DNA of 64,000 nucleotides from an uncultured delta proteobacterium (GCA_963767925.1 CAVYGB010000002.1:1920001-1984000); one strand, 5' to 3'; positions 19,251-29,159 are shown, numbered from the stretch's first letter. Numbers and translations are program-made. The notes: generated by a model from the letters alone, not told the origin.

Positions 19251-19547
19251 ATGGCCAACACGAACAAGGAACCCGTGGTGCGCAGCAAGTTCTCTCCCCG
19301 CGTGCGGGACGGCCTGTGCCGGCACATCCGCAGCAAGGGCATGATCGTCAACATCGACGAGTCTCCCGAGAACTCCTCCTGGCAAAAGAGCTACCTGGCG
19401 GTCGATCCCCACGCCCTGCCCTGGGACGGGACCACCTGGTGGTGCACGGAGACGTCGAAGACCATCGGTCCCGACGACCGGCCCTGCGGCACCGACCGCT
19501 GCACCAACGGCCGCGCCTGCTTCGAGGGCGAAGAGCCCCTGGTCTGA
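19251..19547 (+). CDS. Small Cys-rich hypothetical protein (98 aa)
   Basis: ATG 5 bp after the FAD-subunit stop; CRHIRSKGM...WWC...GPDD.PC...C...C. Confidence 0.7.
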   Translation: MANTNKEPVVRSKFSPRVRDGLCRHIRSKGMIVNIDESPENSSWQKSYLAVDPHALPWDGTTWWCTETSKTIGPDDRPCGTDRCTNGRACFEGEEPLV

Positions 19548-19571
19548 GCCTGGCGAGACTTTGACGCGGGT

Positions 19572-19597
19572 CGAGGGACCCCCTCGGGGGGCCCTCG
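19572..19597 (+). terminator. GC-rich hairpin downstream of the molybdoenzyme operon
   Basis: CGAGGG-A-CCCCC pairs with GGGGG-G-CCCTCG; no clear U-tract. Confidence 0.3.
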
Positions 19598-19638
19598 GCT
19601 TGTGTGCGGCGCCCGGGCGGTGTAGCAAGGGGGCCAGG

Positions 19639-20220
19639 ATGCCCGGACAGGACCTGGCCCCCGGGCTGCTGCTGGCTGCGCCTGCGCTGCGCGACCCGAA
19701 CTTCGAGAAGAGCGTGGTCCTGCTCGGCCGCCACGACGGCGCGGGGGCGCTCGGCTGGGTCATCAACGGCAAGGAGCTCGGCGCGGTGGCCGACCTGCTG
19801 CGCGGCTCCGAGCTGCTGCCGGTCGACCTGGTGCTGCCGGACCTGGCTGGTCTGGCGCTGCCCGCGCGGGTGGGTGGGCCGGTGGCGCCGGCGACTGGCT
19901 GGCTGGTCTACCGGCGCACCGAGGTGGCTCTGCCCGGCGAGCTGACGGTGGGTCCCGAGGTTGGGGTGACCGGGGAGGCGCTGGCGTTCTCGGCGCTGGC
20001 CCGGGGGGGCGGGCCGGTGGAGTTCCGGCTGGTGCTCGGCTGCTCGGGCTGGGGGCCCGGCCAGCTCGAGTCGGAGATCCGCGCCGGCGCCTGGCTCCCC
20101 ACGGCGCTCGACGCGGACCTGGTGTTCGACACCTTCGGCGACGCCACCTGGGAAGACGCCTACCGCCGCACCATTGGCTCCATCCCCGCTGCCTTCAGCA
20201 GCCGCCCCGCCAAAGCCTGA
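19639..20220 (+). CDS. YqgE/AlgH family protein
   Basis: LLLAAPALRDPNFEKSVVLL, GALGWVIN, GGPV, GCSGWGPGQLESEI..GAW. Confidence 0.9.
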   Translation: MPGQDLAPGLLLAAPALRDPNFEKSVVLLGRHDGAGALGWVINGKELGAVADLLRGSELLPVDLVLPDLAGLALPARVGGPVAPATGWLVYRRTEVALPGELTVGPEVGVTGEALAFSALARGGGPVEFRLVLGCSGWGPGQLESEIRAGAWLPTALDADLVFDTFGDATWEDAYRRTIGSIPAAFSSRPAKA

Positions 20221-20321
20221 CGCCCGGCCGCAGGCACGCGGCGGGCGGGGCGCCGCGTCCGAGGGATGGCCGCCGAGCGCGGGGGATGGGCGGCTCTGTT
20301 CGTTACGGCGGGGGACGGCGA

Positions 20322-20984
20322 TCAGCTAGGGTTGCATTTTCGAGATGGGCTACACCGGCCGTGGCAGCCGGCAGCTGCCTGGTCCGCGGCGGCGAAGCTT
20401 CGAGGGACCAGGGCATCGGGGCGCATCTCGCACTCGATCGGTGCACCGCGCGCATCCAGGGCGAAGCGACAGCAGGCTTCGAAGAGGGAACGGAGGCGCT
20501 TCCGTCCGCGCTGGACGCGCGATTTCACGGCCGTGGCTGACAGGCCGAGCTTCTGCGCAATGGCTGCGTGCGGCAGGTTCTGCAGCTCGCTCAGAACGAT
20601 GACGTCGCGGTAGCGGACGGGCAATTCCTCGATGAAGGGGCGGAGGATGTCAGCGAGGATGGCCTTCGTACGCTCGGGAGCGAAGGAAGGCTCGATGGCT
20701 GCAGGGGATCGGTCGGGGTCGTCCTCTCGAGCAGGTGTTGCCTCGGTCCGTGTCGCGCGCTGCCGGAAGTGGTCAGCGGCGGCCGTGTAGACCAGGCGCA
20801 TGATCCATCCGGCGAAACGCTCCTGATCTCGGAGCTCGTGTCCGTGGCGCCAGACGCGGACGAGCACTTCCTGAACGACGTCGTCGACGTCGGCGGGGTT
20901 CGACAGCCGCCTCGAAACGAGCCGGTCGACGGCTGCCCGGAGGTGGCGCCACTGCTCGTCCGAGGCGGGCTGGGTCCGGGTCAT
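20322..20984 (-). CDS. ECF sigma-70 factor, SigZ-like, with Cys-rich C-terminus
   Basis: DDVVQEV region 2; LPVRYRDVIVL...IAQKLGLSATAVKSRVQRGR region 4; ACC motif; ATGA-coupled to arsM. Confidence 0.85.
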   Translation of the reverse strand: MTRTQPASDEQWRHLRAAVDRLVSRRLSNPADVDDVVQEVLVRVWRHGHELRDQERFAGWIMRLVYTAAADHFRQRATRTEATPAREDDPDRSPAAIEPSFAPERTKAILADILRPFIEELPVRYRDVIVLSELQNLPHAAIAQKLGLSATAVKSRVQRGRKRLRSLFEACCRFALDARGAPIECEMRPDALVPRSFAAADQAAAGCHGRCSPSRKCNPS

Positions 20985-21802
20985 GGGCGAGGGTCGATGG
21001 CAGGTCGTCGGGCGGTCACCTTGGCCGAGGCGCCGAGCTTCGCCAGATCCAGGTCGGCGCCGACAGCCGTTGCCATCGCGGCCGTCCCCACGCCATCTAC
21101 CTCGATCTCGATGTCCTGGAAGCCAGCATCGCCCAGCCAGGACTCGAGCTGGTCGACGGTGGCGGCGCCAGCCACACATCCGGTGTAAGCGGCCAGGTCA
21201 CGCCGGACGTTGTCGGGGAGGGGACCGAACGCGACCACGTCGCTGATCGCGAGTCGTCCCCCCGGCCGCAGGACGCGAAAGGCCTCACGGAGGACGGCGG
21301 GCTTGTCGGGCGCGAGGTTGATCACGCAGTTGGAGATCACGACATCGACGGACGCGTCGGAGACCGGGAGGTGCTCGATCTCCCCGAGACGGAAGTGCAC
21401 GTTGCCCAGCCCTGCCTTCTCGGCGTTGGAGCGCGCGCGGGAGACCATGTCTGGCGTCATGTCCACGCCGATCACGCGTCCGGTGACGCCCACTTGTCGG
21501 GCAGCCAGGAAGCAGTCGAACCCTGCGCCGCTGCCGAGGTCGAGGACCGACTCGCCCGGCTGCAGGGCGGCGATCGCCTGGGGGTTGCCGCAGCCCAGGC
21601 CGAGGTTCGCTCCCTCCGGTGCGCTCTTCACGTCCGCCGGGCTGTACCCCATCCGCAGCGCCGAGCTGTCCGGCGGGGTCTCACTCGATCGGGGCGAACA
21701 GCAGCTCGGTGCGCAGCAGCTCTCGCCACCACGCGCGACCTTGGCGTAGTGCTCCCTGACCTCGGCTCGGATCTGGTCGTCGGTATCGGGTGTCGTCGTC
21801 AT
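20981..21802 (-). CDS. arsM: Arsenite methyltransferase
   Basis: VREHYAKVA, SCCAPSCC, LGLGCGNP, VLDLGSGAGFDC, ISNCVINL, GCVAGA. Confidence 0.95.
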   Translation of the reverse strand: MTTTPDTDDQIRAEVREHYAKVARGGESCCAPSCCSPRSSETPPDSSALRMGYSPADVKSAPEGANLGLGCGNPQAIAALQPGESVLDLGSGAGFDCFLAARQVGVTGRVIGVDMTPDMVSRARSNAEKAGLGNVHFRLGEIEHLPVSDASVDVVISNCVINLAPDKPAVLREAFRVLRPGGRLAISDVVAFGPLPDNVRRDLAAYTGCVAGAATVDQLESWLGDAGFQDIEIEVDGVGTAAMATAVGADLDLAKLGASAKVTARRPAIDPRP

Positions 21803-21856
21803 CTTCTGTCACCTCCATCTTGAAAGACGGAGGTCGCCTCCGAAAGACGCAGGAGA

Positions 21857-22708
21857 TCAGCGCGGCAACGCGAGCCGCATCAGCGCCGCAGACGACGGGC
21901 AAAGCGAGGCGAGCTCTCGGGTCTGACGGATCGCCTCCGGTGCGCTCTCTCGCGCTGCGCTGACGAACCCGTGCCTGGCGAACAGCGGGGCGGCGGTGGT
22001 GGTCAGGAGGAACACCTCCTGGACCCCAGCGCTGGAGGCGAGCTCGAGCACCCGCCGGATCAGCTCGGCTGACAGGCCGCGTCCCCGCCAGCTCGGCGCG
22101 ACGACAAGGGAGCGAAGCAGGGCCAGCGTGCCGTGAGCTTCCACCCCCACGCATCCGACGACCTCCTCTCCCGCCACGGCAACCAGGAGCAGGGGACGGG
22201 AGGTCGTCAGGTCTTCGGAAGGAAGGTCGTTGCCGCGCAGGAGCCGGATGACGTCGGGGAGGTCCCCCTCGGAGGCCGGCCGAACGGTGACCGGCGGTCG
22301 ACCGCCGTTGTCGTCGAGACCTTCGCGGGTGATGAGGTCGGCGACGCGTGCCCGCACTTCGTCGCGGATCTCTCGAACGCGCTGGGGTGGCTTTCCTTTG
22401 GGGTCCTCGAGCGGCCAGTCTTCGCGTCTGAGGCCCGGCACGACCGGGCAGGCCTCTCCGCAGCCCATGGTGACCAGGAGGGATGCCTGGCGCGCCAGAT
22501 CATCTGTCAGGAGCTGCGGCTGAGCGCGGGAGAGGTCGATTCCGCTTTCGCGCATCACCGCCAGCACCTCGGGATGTACGCGGGACCCCGGCTGGGTGCC
22601 AGCCGAGAGGGCGCGTGCCCGGCCGGGGCCGACCTGGTGGTTGAACCACGCCGCCGCCATCTGCGACCGGCCGGCGTTGTGGACGCACGCGAACAGGTAG
22701 GTCTTCAT
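21857..22708 (-). CDS. arsC: LMWPTP-type arsenate reductase fused to an ArsN-like GNAT acetyltransferase
   Basis: CVHNAGRSQMA, TMGCGEACP, DWPLEDP; C-terminal LLRSLVV..WRGRGL, LLTTTA, LCPSSA; ATGA-coupled to the aquaporin gene. Confidence 0.9.
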   Translation of the reverse strand: MKTYLFACVHNAGRSQMAAAWFNHQVGPGRARALSAGTQPGSRVHPEVLAVMRESGIDLSRAQPQLLTDDLARQASLLVTMGCGEACPVVPGLRREDWPLEDPKGKPPQRVREIRDEVRARVADLITREGLDDNGGRPPVTVRPASEGDLPDVIRLLRGNDLPSEDLTTSRPLLLVAVAGEEVVGCVGVEAHGTLALLRSLVVAPSWRGRGLSAELIRRVLELASSAGVQEVFLLTTTAAPLFARHGFVSAARESAPEAIRQTRELASLCPSSAALMRLALPR

Positions 22709-23460
22709 GGCGAGTCCTCCCCGGGCTGGCGATGCGAGGTGACCATCCCGGGCGCGGTCCTGCGCTCCAGCGGCAGAAGCCATCGGAAGAGCAGGGTGGC
22801 GGTCACCGCCCCGGCGAGCTGGGCGACGACGAAGCCGAACACGTCGGCGGGTCGGATGCCGGCGAAGGTGTCGGTCAGGGATCTGGCGATGGTCACGGCG
22901 GGGTTGGCGAAGGAGGTGGAGGCCGTGAACCAGTAGGCCGCGGTGATGTAGGCCGCCACCGCGAAGGGCGTCACCGACGGGCGCCTTCGCGTGCATCCCC
23001 AGATGACGGACAGCAGGCCGAACGTCGCGACGAACTCGCTGAGGACCTGCCCGCCACCCGCCCGGGCGCGGCCGGAGGTCATCAGCAGGGGCAGGTCGAA
23101 CATCCGGTGCGCGATCAGCACCCCCGCGACGGCGCCCGAGACCTGGGCGACGAGATAAGCGGGAACGTCCCGCCACGCCGTTCCGCCTTGCCAGGCGTCG
23201 ACGAGGGTGACCGCCGGATTGAAGTGCGCTCCTGAGATGGAGCCGAAGGTCAAGATCAGCGCCGCCAGACCGGCGCCCGTCGCCAGGGTGTTGGCCAGCA
23301 GGGCAACCGCGACGTTGCCGGCAGACAGCCGCTCCGCCATGATCCCCGACCCGACGACGGTCGCGAGCAGCAACGCCGTCCCCGTGCCCTCGGCCACGAA
23401 GCGCCTGCCGGAGGAGGGCCGCCCGCTCACCGACCCCTCCTGCTCCGATCGAGAGAGCAC
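22705..23460 (-). CDS. MIP/aquaporin family channel of ars operons
   Basis: SGAHFNPAVT and AYWFTASTSFANPAVT NPA boxes. Confidence 0.9.
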   Translation of the reverse strand: MLSRSEQEGSVSGRPSSGRRFVAEGTGTALLLATVVGSGIMAERLSAGNVAVALLANTLATGAGLAALILTFGSISGAHFNPAVTLVDAWQGGTAWRDVPAYLVAQVSGAVAGVLIAHRMFDLPLLMTSGRARAGGGQVLSEFVATFGLLSVIWGCTRRRPSVTPFAVAAYITAAYWFTASTSFANPAVTIARSLTDTFAGIRPADVFGFVVAQLAGAVTATLLFRWLLPLERRTAPGMVTSHRQPGEDSP

Positions 23461-23473
23461 ATTTCCTTCCCCA

Positions 23474-23758
23474 TCAGCAGCAGGCGGTCAGCAGTCGGAC
23501 CAGGTCGTTGACCATCCCGGTGCCCACCGAGTAGTAGATGAACCGCTCCTGCCGCCTGGCCTGGATCAGGCCAGCTCGCCTTAGCTGATCGAGGTGGTGG
23601 GACACGGTCGGACCGGGCATCCCAACCGCCTCCTGAACCTGCCCCGCCGCGAGCTCGCTCCGCGCCCTGACCAGCGTGAAGAAGACAGCGAGCCGTCCAG
23701 GATGGGCCAGGGCCTTGAAAGCATCGACGTGCTCCGGCGCCACCACGAGGGTAGCCAT
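23474..23758 (-). CDS. arsR: ArsR/SmtB regulator ending in vicinal CC
   Basis: FKALAHPGRL, TVSHHL..LRRAGLI, IYY, C-terminal ACC; alternative GTG start at 23779. Confidence 0.9.
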   Translation of the reverse strand: MATLVVAPEHVDAFKALAHPGRLAVFFTLVRARSELAAGQVQEAVGMPGPTVSHHLDQLRRAGLIQARRQERFIYYSVGTGMVNDLVRLLTACC

Positions 23759-23780
23759 GGGCAGTCGCCTCAAAGTCACA

Positions 23781-23816
23781 TTTTCAAATATAAGAAAACA
23801 TAACCCCCACCGTCAA
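23781..23816 (-). promoter_or_regulatory. Sigma70-like promoter of the ars operon with overlapping palindromic operator
   Basis: Minus strand TTGACG-N18-TATATT; inverted repeat TTTTC-N8-GAAAA at 23781-23798 in an AT-rich patch. Confidence 0.6.
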
Positions 23817-23980
23817 CCCCGATTCCCCTGGAACGTTGATCTCTTGCATATCTCGCCGGTCCTCTTCGTCCCTGGCTGCGTTGCTCGTCGGTTAAATACG
23901 CCCGGTATTCGCCCTCCTCGCGCCTTGCCAGGAACGAAGATGCCTCGCCGACATATGCAAGCCTTCACCGTTCCAGGGGA

Positions 23981-24658
23981 CTAGTTGGTGCCGTGGACGC
24001 TGATCAAAAGGTCGTCGACGGGGTCGGCTTCGATCCAGATCTCCTTGTATTCGGAGACGCCTTTGCCGTGGCGTTGCATGCCGATGGGGCCTTGCCAGCG
24101 GCGTTCGTGATCGGGGCTCTTGTAGGTCGTCAGCTCGACGCCGTTGACGGCGGCGCGCATGGTGCCGGTGTTGTAGTTGGCGAGGATCTCGGTGAGGTGC
24201 CAGGTCTCGTCGATGCGCTCGCCGCGGACGTGGCGGGTCTCGCCGATGTTGTCGTCGTTGACGAAGTAGTCCCACATGGCCCCGTGGGGCGGCTGGAACT
24301 GGATGTTCTTCTTGTAGGCCTCCTCGCCCGAGGGAGCAGGCCCCCAGAACAGGATGCCGAGGTGGTCGCCGTTGCGGGGGTTCATGCGGGAGGTGACGAA
24401 CAGCCGGAAGCTGCCGTACGACCTGGTCGTGTGCACGGCGCGCTCGCCGCCTGGCTCACCCCGCAGGACGCCTTCGGGCGTGATCGACCAGCCCTTCTTG
24501 CTGACCCAGCCGTCCCAGGTCTTGCCGTCGAAGATCCGCACGCAGCGCGGACAGGGTTTCTCGTCCTCGGCGAGAGAGGCCGCGAGGTTGGTGCCGCTGG
24601 CGGTGCCGCAGCCCGCCAGCACAGCCGCCGTCGAGAGAGCGATTGCAATGTGGCGCAT
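23981..24658 (-). CDS. DUF1080 (3-keto-disaccharide hydrolase-like) lipoprotein
   Basis: Lipobox LAGC; IFDGKTWDGW; VNGV; GPIGMQRH...YKEIWI. Confidence 0.8.
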   Translation of the reverse strand: MRHIAIALSTAAVLAGCGTASGTNLAASLAEDEKPCPRCVRIFDGKTWDGWVSKKGWSITPEGVLRGEPGGERAVHTTRSYGSFRLFVTSRMNPRNGDHLGILFWGPAPSGEEAYKKNIQFQPPHGAMWDYFVNDDNIGETRHVRGERIDETWHLTEILANYNTGTMRAAVNGVELTTYKSPDHERRWQGPIGMQRHGKGVSEYKEIWIEADPVDDLLISVHGTN

Positions 24659-24666
24659 GACGGCGT

Positions 24667-25137
24667 TTATACAACGCCCTCCGGGAGGGCAGGCAACACC
24701 TCGAATCCCGGGCCGGGACCGGGGCGAACGAGGTGGATCTCGTCGAACCCTTCGTCCGGGGTGGGGCGGCGCAGGCGGCGGGCGGTGGTGTGGATGGCCA
24801 CGTCGGGCACCCGGGCCTTCCCCTGGCGACCGCGGTTGCGGGCCAGGCAGTCGCGTGCCGGGCAGTCGAAGTAGTACCCGATGGCGCGGGCGCCGCCGGC
24901 CCGGGCCAGCGCCAGCAGCGGCGCGCGTTCGACCAGGCTGGCGTTTGTGTTGTCGATGACGACGCTGCGGCCGGCGGCGAGCGCCTGGGCCAGCAGGGCG
25001 GCCTGCTGGTAGTCGAGGCGCCGGCGATCGGCGAGGAGATCTTTGCTGATGAGGGCGTGGGTCGCCTCGAAGCGCTGCCGGTAGAAGGTGCTCTTGCCGG
25101 CGCCGGGCAGGCCGATCAGGATCACCACCTCGGGCAT
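24667..25137 (-). CDS. AAA_33 / polynucleotide-kinase-like P-loop protein
   Basis: MPEVVILIGLPGAGKSTFY, SVVIDNTN, CLARN..R, EGFDEI. Confidence 0.85.
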   Translation of the reverse strand: MPEVVILIGLPGAGKSTFYRQRFEATHALISKDLLADRRRLDYQQAALLAQALAAGRSVVIDNTNASLVERAPLLALARAGGARAIGYYFDCPARDCLARNRGRQGKARVPDVAIHTTARRLRRPTPDEGFDEIHLVRPGPGPGFEVLPALPEGVV

Positions 25138-25139
25138 GG

Positions 25140-25775
25140 TCAGCGGGCCGAGCGGCGCGGGCGGCGAGCGCGCGCCGGGGAGATGCCGGGGGCGCGCCCG
25201 CCGTGCCGGCGCGAGCCCTCGATGGGGGCGTACTCCAGCTCGCGCCCCTCGCGCGCGCAGCGGAGCAGCAGGGCGCCCCGGCTCATGTCCCCCCGGCCCA
25301 CGAAGTCGGGTGGGAACAGCAGGTGGTCGCCGAACACGCGGGTCAGCGGCTGGACGTATTTGTCGGTGGCCACGCTGCCCAGCAGGACGAAGCGGGTGGC
25401 GGCGCCGTGGGCGCGCTCGAGGGCCACCGCGTGCTCGATGAGCGGGCCGGTGAAGCGCGGGTTGGCGGCGTCGATGTCCACCTGGGCCCAGGCTCGCAGC
25501 CGGTCGATGGTCAGGGGCTCGTGCAGGAAGCGCAGCCCTTCGCCCGGGCTGATGACCAGGCCGCCGGCCAGGCCGGGCGGGGGGCGGCCGAAGCGTTCGG
25601 CGTAGGTCATCTTGCCCCGGAAATAAAGGCCGCTGACGAAGCTGAACAGCGGTCCGAGCTGGGCCCCGGCCGGCGAGTGGAGCTGGCGGGCGAGGGGAAA
25701 CTGCGCGTTCGGGTTGAAGACGAGCGCCGCCCGTTCCCCCCCGAGGTTGCAGGGCGAGATCAGGAAGATCGTGAA
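25140..25775 (-). CDS. Hypothetical protein; coding frame extends upstream of ATG 25610 with no canonical start
   Basis: In-frame FTIFLISPCNLGGERAA...FSFVSGLYFRGKMTYA...LLGSVATDKY...FVGRGDMSRGALLL; TAA upstream near 25806; possible indel. Confidence 0.65.
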   Translation of the reverse strand, partial: FTIFLISPCNLGGERAALVFNPNAQFPLARQLHSPAGAQLGPLFSFVSGLYFRGKMTYAERFGRPPPGLAGGLVISPGEGLRFLHEPLTIDRLRAWAQVDIDAANPRFTGPLIEHAVALERAHGAATRFVLLGSVATDKYVQPLTRVFGDHLLFPPDFVGRGDMSRGALLLRCAREGRELEYAPIEGSRRHGGRAPGISPARARRPRRSAR

Positions 25776-25997
25776 TTCCGGGCCGGGCGAGCCGATCCGG
25801 CAAGGTTAGCAGCCCGTTTCACCGTGTGACGTTCGGGTTCGGCACGTCTGAGCGCACCGGCCGTCTGCCGAGCATGGCACCCCGAGGCGGTACGTGAAGC
25901 GTCAGAGAACGGGCCCACCCACCACCCTCACGTCACGCGATTGTCGATTCCCCGGCAGGACTGGAACCTCCCCCGGGTTCCGGGGCAAACTGCGCCG

Positions 25998-26975
25998 ATG
26001 CAGACGCGTCAGCTCGGCACCAGCGACCTTCATATCCACCCCGTCGTCCTCGGCGCCTGGGCCATCGGCGGATCGATGTGGGGCGGCCAGGACGAGCAGC
26101 GCTCGGTCGACGCCATCATCGCCAGCATCGACGCCGGCGTGAACCTCATCGACACCGCGCCGGTCTACGGCCTCGGCAAGAGCGAGGAGCTGGTCGGGCG
26201 GGCCATCCGCGGCCGCCGGGACAAGGTGCTGATCGCGACCAAGTGTGGCCTGATCTGGGACCGCCCCGAGGGGACCCTGCGCTTCACCATGGTCGACGTC
26301 GACGAGAGCCGGCGGCCCATCCACTACGACATGTCTCCGCCGGCCGTGCGCCGGGGGATCGAGGACAGCCTCCGGCGGCTGGGCACCGACGTGATCGACC
26401 TCCTGCAGATCCACTGGCCCGACCCGGCCATCCCCACCGACCAGATGTTCGAGGAGATGTTGCGCCTGCGCCAGGAGGGCAAGGTCCGCTGGCTGGGCGT
26501 CTCCAACTTCACCCGGCCGGAGCTCGAGGTCGCCAAGCGGGTGGCCGGCATCGTGAGCCAGCAGCCGCAATACAACCTGCTCGAACGGGGCATCGAGGCC
26601 GACGTGTTGCCCTGGTGCCGGCGCGAGCAGGTGGGCGTGATCGTCTATAGCCCGATGGGCCGGGGCCTGCTGACCGGCAAATATGGCGCCGACCACCAGT
26701 TCCCGGCCAACGACCACCGGGCCGGCATCCGCTGGTTCACCCCGGAGTGGCGGCCCCGCGTCCTGGCCGCCCTCGACAAGGCTCGCCCCATCGCAGCGGC
26801 CCACGGCGCCTCGCTCGGCAACCTGGCGGTGGCCTGGACCCTGGCGCAGCCGGGCGTGACCGGCGCCATCGTGGGCGCGCGCGATGCGGCCCAGGCCGAG
26901 GAGAACGCCCGCGCCGCCACCTTGCGCCTGTCCGAGGCCGAGCTGAAGACCCTGTCCGACCTTTTCGCGCTGTGA
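25998..26975 (+). CDS. Aldo/keto reductase
   Basis: LGAWAIGG, DTAPVYG, ATKCG, DLLQIHWPD, GVSNF, YSPMGRGLLTGK. Confidence 0.95.
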   Translation: MQTRQLGTSDLHIHPVVLGAWAIGGSMWGGQDEQRSVDAIIASIDAGVNLIDTAPVYGLGKSEELVGRAIRGRRDKVLIATKCGLIWDRPEGTLRFTMVDVDESRRPIHYDMSPPAVRRGIEDSLRRLGTDVIDLLQIHWPDPAIPTDQMFEEMLRLRQEGKVRWLGVSNFTRPELEVAKRVAGIVSQQPQYNLLERGIEADVLPWCRREQVGVIVYSPMGRGLLTGKYGADHQFPANDHRAGIRWFTPEWRPRVLAALDKARPIAAAHGASLGNLAVAWTLAQPGVTGAIVGARDAAQAEENARAATLRLSEAELKTLSDLFAL

Positions 26976-27038
26976 GCCGGGTCGACCCCCGGGCCACCTC
27001 GGGGAATGCCGGCGGGGGTGCTAAGGTTTCTGGAGACC

Positions 27039-27623
27039 ATGACCCTGGCGCGCAAAGCCCTCTCCATCCTGGTGCCGCTGGCCACGCTGGTCGGGTGCGA
27101 CCACGTCACCAAATATGCCGCCAAGGCGGAGCTGGAGAGCCAGCCGCCCCGCGAGCTGATCGCCTCGGTGCTCGAGCTCCGCTACGTCGAGAACACCGAC
27201 GTCGGCTTCAGCCTGCTGCGCTGGATCCCGGAGGGCACCCGCCGGCCGCTGCTGCTTGTGTTCGGGGCGCTGGCGATCAGCGCGCTGATCGTCATGCTGA
27301 CCCGCTGGTCCGGGCCGCGGGCCGGGCGGGTGGCGGTGGTCCTCATCCTCGGCGGCGCGCTGGGCAACTACCTCGACCGGCTGGCCCGGGGCTACGTCGT
27401 CGACTTCATCCACCTGCGCCACTGGCCGATCTTCAACGCCGCCGACGTCTGGCTGACCGCCGGCCTGATCCTGTTCGGCTGGATCGCCCTTGTGCAGCGC
27501 CGCACCCGCGGCCAACGCCCCGCCGACCGCCGCGACCGTCTGACCGTTCAGCCGCGCTTCACGGATCGGCGAGAAACTCTGGATGGACCGGCGGCGGCGG
27601 GGGGCCGCACGCTCCGGGCATGA
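27039..27623 (+). CDS. lspA: Lipoprotein signal peptidase II
   Basis: [33 protein letters not shown]. Confidence 0.9.
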   Translation: MTLARKALSILVPLATLVGCDHVTKYAAKAELESQPPRELIASVLELRYVENTDVGFSLLRWIPEGTRRPLLLVFGALAISALIVMLTRWSGPRAGRVAVVLILGGALGNYLDRLARGYVVDFIHLRHWPIFNAADVWLTAGLILFGWIALVQRRTRGQRPADRRDRLTVQPRFTDRRETLDGPAAAGGRTLRA

Positions 27624-28402
27624 GCGAGCCGCTGGACGCCAAGCGCTGGGATCCCGTCGCCTACGATCGCAGCTTCGCCTTCGTCACCGCCTACGGCGAA
27701 GGGCCGCTGCAGCTCCTGGCGCCGCAGCCGGGGGAGCGGGTGCTCGACCTGGGCTGCGGCACCGGAGAGCTGACCGCCCGCATCGCCGAGCTGGGCGGCG
27801 AGGTGCTGGGGGTCGACCAGGACGCGGCCATGATCGAGCGGGCGCGTGAACGCTTTCCCGCCCTGCGCTTCGAGCGGGCCGACGCCCAGGCCTTCGAGCG
27901 CCCCGGCGGTGAGCCGCCCTTCGACGCCGTCTTCTCGAACGCGGCCCTGCACTGGATGCTTCGCCCGGCCGAGGTCATCGCCCGGGTGCGGGCGGTGCTG
28001 CGTCCGGGCGGGCGCTTCGTCGCCGAGGCGGGCGGGCGGGGCAACGTCGCCCGGGTCGAGCAGGCGCTGCACCAGGCCCGGGCGGAGGCGGGCCTGGCCG
28101 CCAGACCCTCCCCCTGGTTCCTCCCCTCGATCGCCGGCTACGCCCGCCTGCTCGAGGAGGGCGGCCTCGAGCCCCGGCACATGCAGGTCTTCGATCGCCT
28201 CACGCCGCTGGCCGAGGGGGAGTCGGGGCTGGTCGACTGGATGAAGATGTTCGCCACCTCGCTATTCGACGAGCTGGCCGACTCCGCCCGGGACGCCCTG
28301 CTGGCCCGCGCCGCCGAGCTGGCTCGCCCCGCGCTGTTCGTCGACGGCCGCTGGTCGGTCGACTACCGCCGCCTGCGCTTCGTCGCCGTGCGGGTCGCCT
28401 GA
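27620..28402 (+). CDS. Class I SAM-dependent methyltransferase
   Basis: [40 protein letters not shown]-coupled to lspA. Confidence 0.9.
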   Translation: MSEPLDAKRWDPVAYDRSFAFVTAYGEGPLQLLAPQPGERVLDLGCGTGELTARIAELGGEVLGVDQDAAMIERARERFPALRFERADAQAFERPGGEPPFDAVFSNAALHWMLRPAEVIARVRAVLRPGGRFVAEAGGRGNVARVEQALHQARAEAGLAARPSPWFLPSIAGYARLLEEGGLEPRHMQVFDRLTPLAEGESGLVDWMKMFATSLFDELADSARDALLARAAELARPALFVDGRWSVDYRRLRFVAVRVA

Positions 28403-28409
28403 CCGCGCT

Positions 28410-29108
28410 TCAGGCCGATTGCGAGCGGGGGAGGGTGGCGCTCGAGAGGGCGGCGGGGGAGAGCGCCCAGTCGGTGGCGAGGGCGGGCGGTCGGGCGGGC
28501 AGGGGAGGGCGGGCGGGCAACGCGGGAAGTGCGGGCAGCGCCGGGCGGGCGCGCAGGGTGGTCCGGGCTCGCGCGGGGAGGCGACCGGTGCGCTCGGTGA
28601 GGCTGTCCCGCTGCAGGAGCAGGGTGCGCAGGCGGGCGCGCGCCCGCAGCACGCGGGTGCCCACCGTCGTCGGCGGGACCTGCAGCCGTTCGCCGATCTC
28701 CCGGTACGAGAGGCCCTCGAAGGCGTAGAGGTGGTAGGCCTGGCGCAGGCAGGGCGGCAGCAGGCTCAGGCAGCCGGCCACGTCGTCGAGCCCGAAGCAG
28801 CGCCACAGGGCGGGCTCGTCGTCGACGGGGCTCGTCGTCCCCAGCGCGGCGAGGTCCTGGTCCCGCAGGCGGGTGTGTTTTTTCCTGACCCCGCGCACGC
28901 TGTCGATGAAGAGGTTGCGCAAGATGGTGAGCAGCCAGCAGGACACCTTCTCGGGGGGAAGGTGGGCGGGCATCCGGGTCATCGCGCGTTCGAGTGTGTC
29001 CTGGACCAGGTCCCAGGCGTCGTCCAGGTTGCGGGTCAGGCTCCGGGCGCGTCCGAGGAGCGTGGAGACGTGCTCGGCGGCGACTTCGGCAGGCGATCGC
29101 GTGTTCAT
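28410..29108 (-). CDS. ECF sigma-70 factor with low-complexity PAL/PAR tail
   Basis: AWDLVQDTLERA, WLLTILRNLFID, EGLSYREIG..LQVP..TVGTRVLRAR. Confidence 0.85.
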   Translation of the reverse strand: MNTRSPAEVAAEHVSTLLGRARSLTRNLDDAWDLVQDTLERAMTRMPAHLPPEKVSCWLLTILRNLFIDSVRGVRKKHTRLRDQDLAALGTTSPVDDEPALWRCFGLDDVAGCLSLLPPCLRQAYHLYAFEGLSYREIGERLQVPPTTVGTRVLRARARLRTLLLQRDSLTERTGRLPARARTTLRARPALPALPALPARPPLPARPPALATDWALSPAALSSATLPRSQSA

Positions 29109-29159
29109 GACGGGACCCAGAACACCCCATCGGCGCGCCCCGATCGATTGCAGCTCGTT

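Noticed and set aside
24667..25803. 378-aa ORF as a single protein
   Set aside because: Only the last 156 aa (from ATG 25137) look coding; the upstream part overlaps another gene in a different frame
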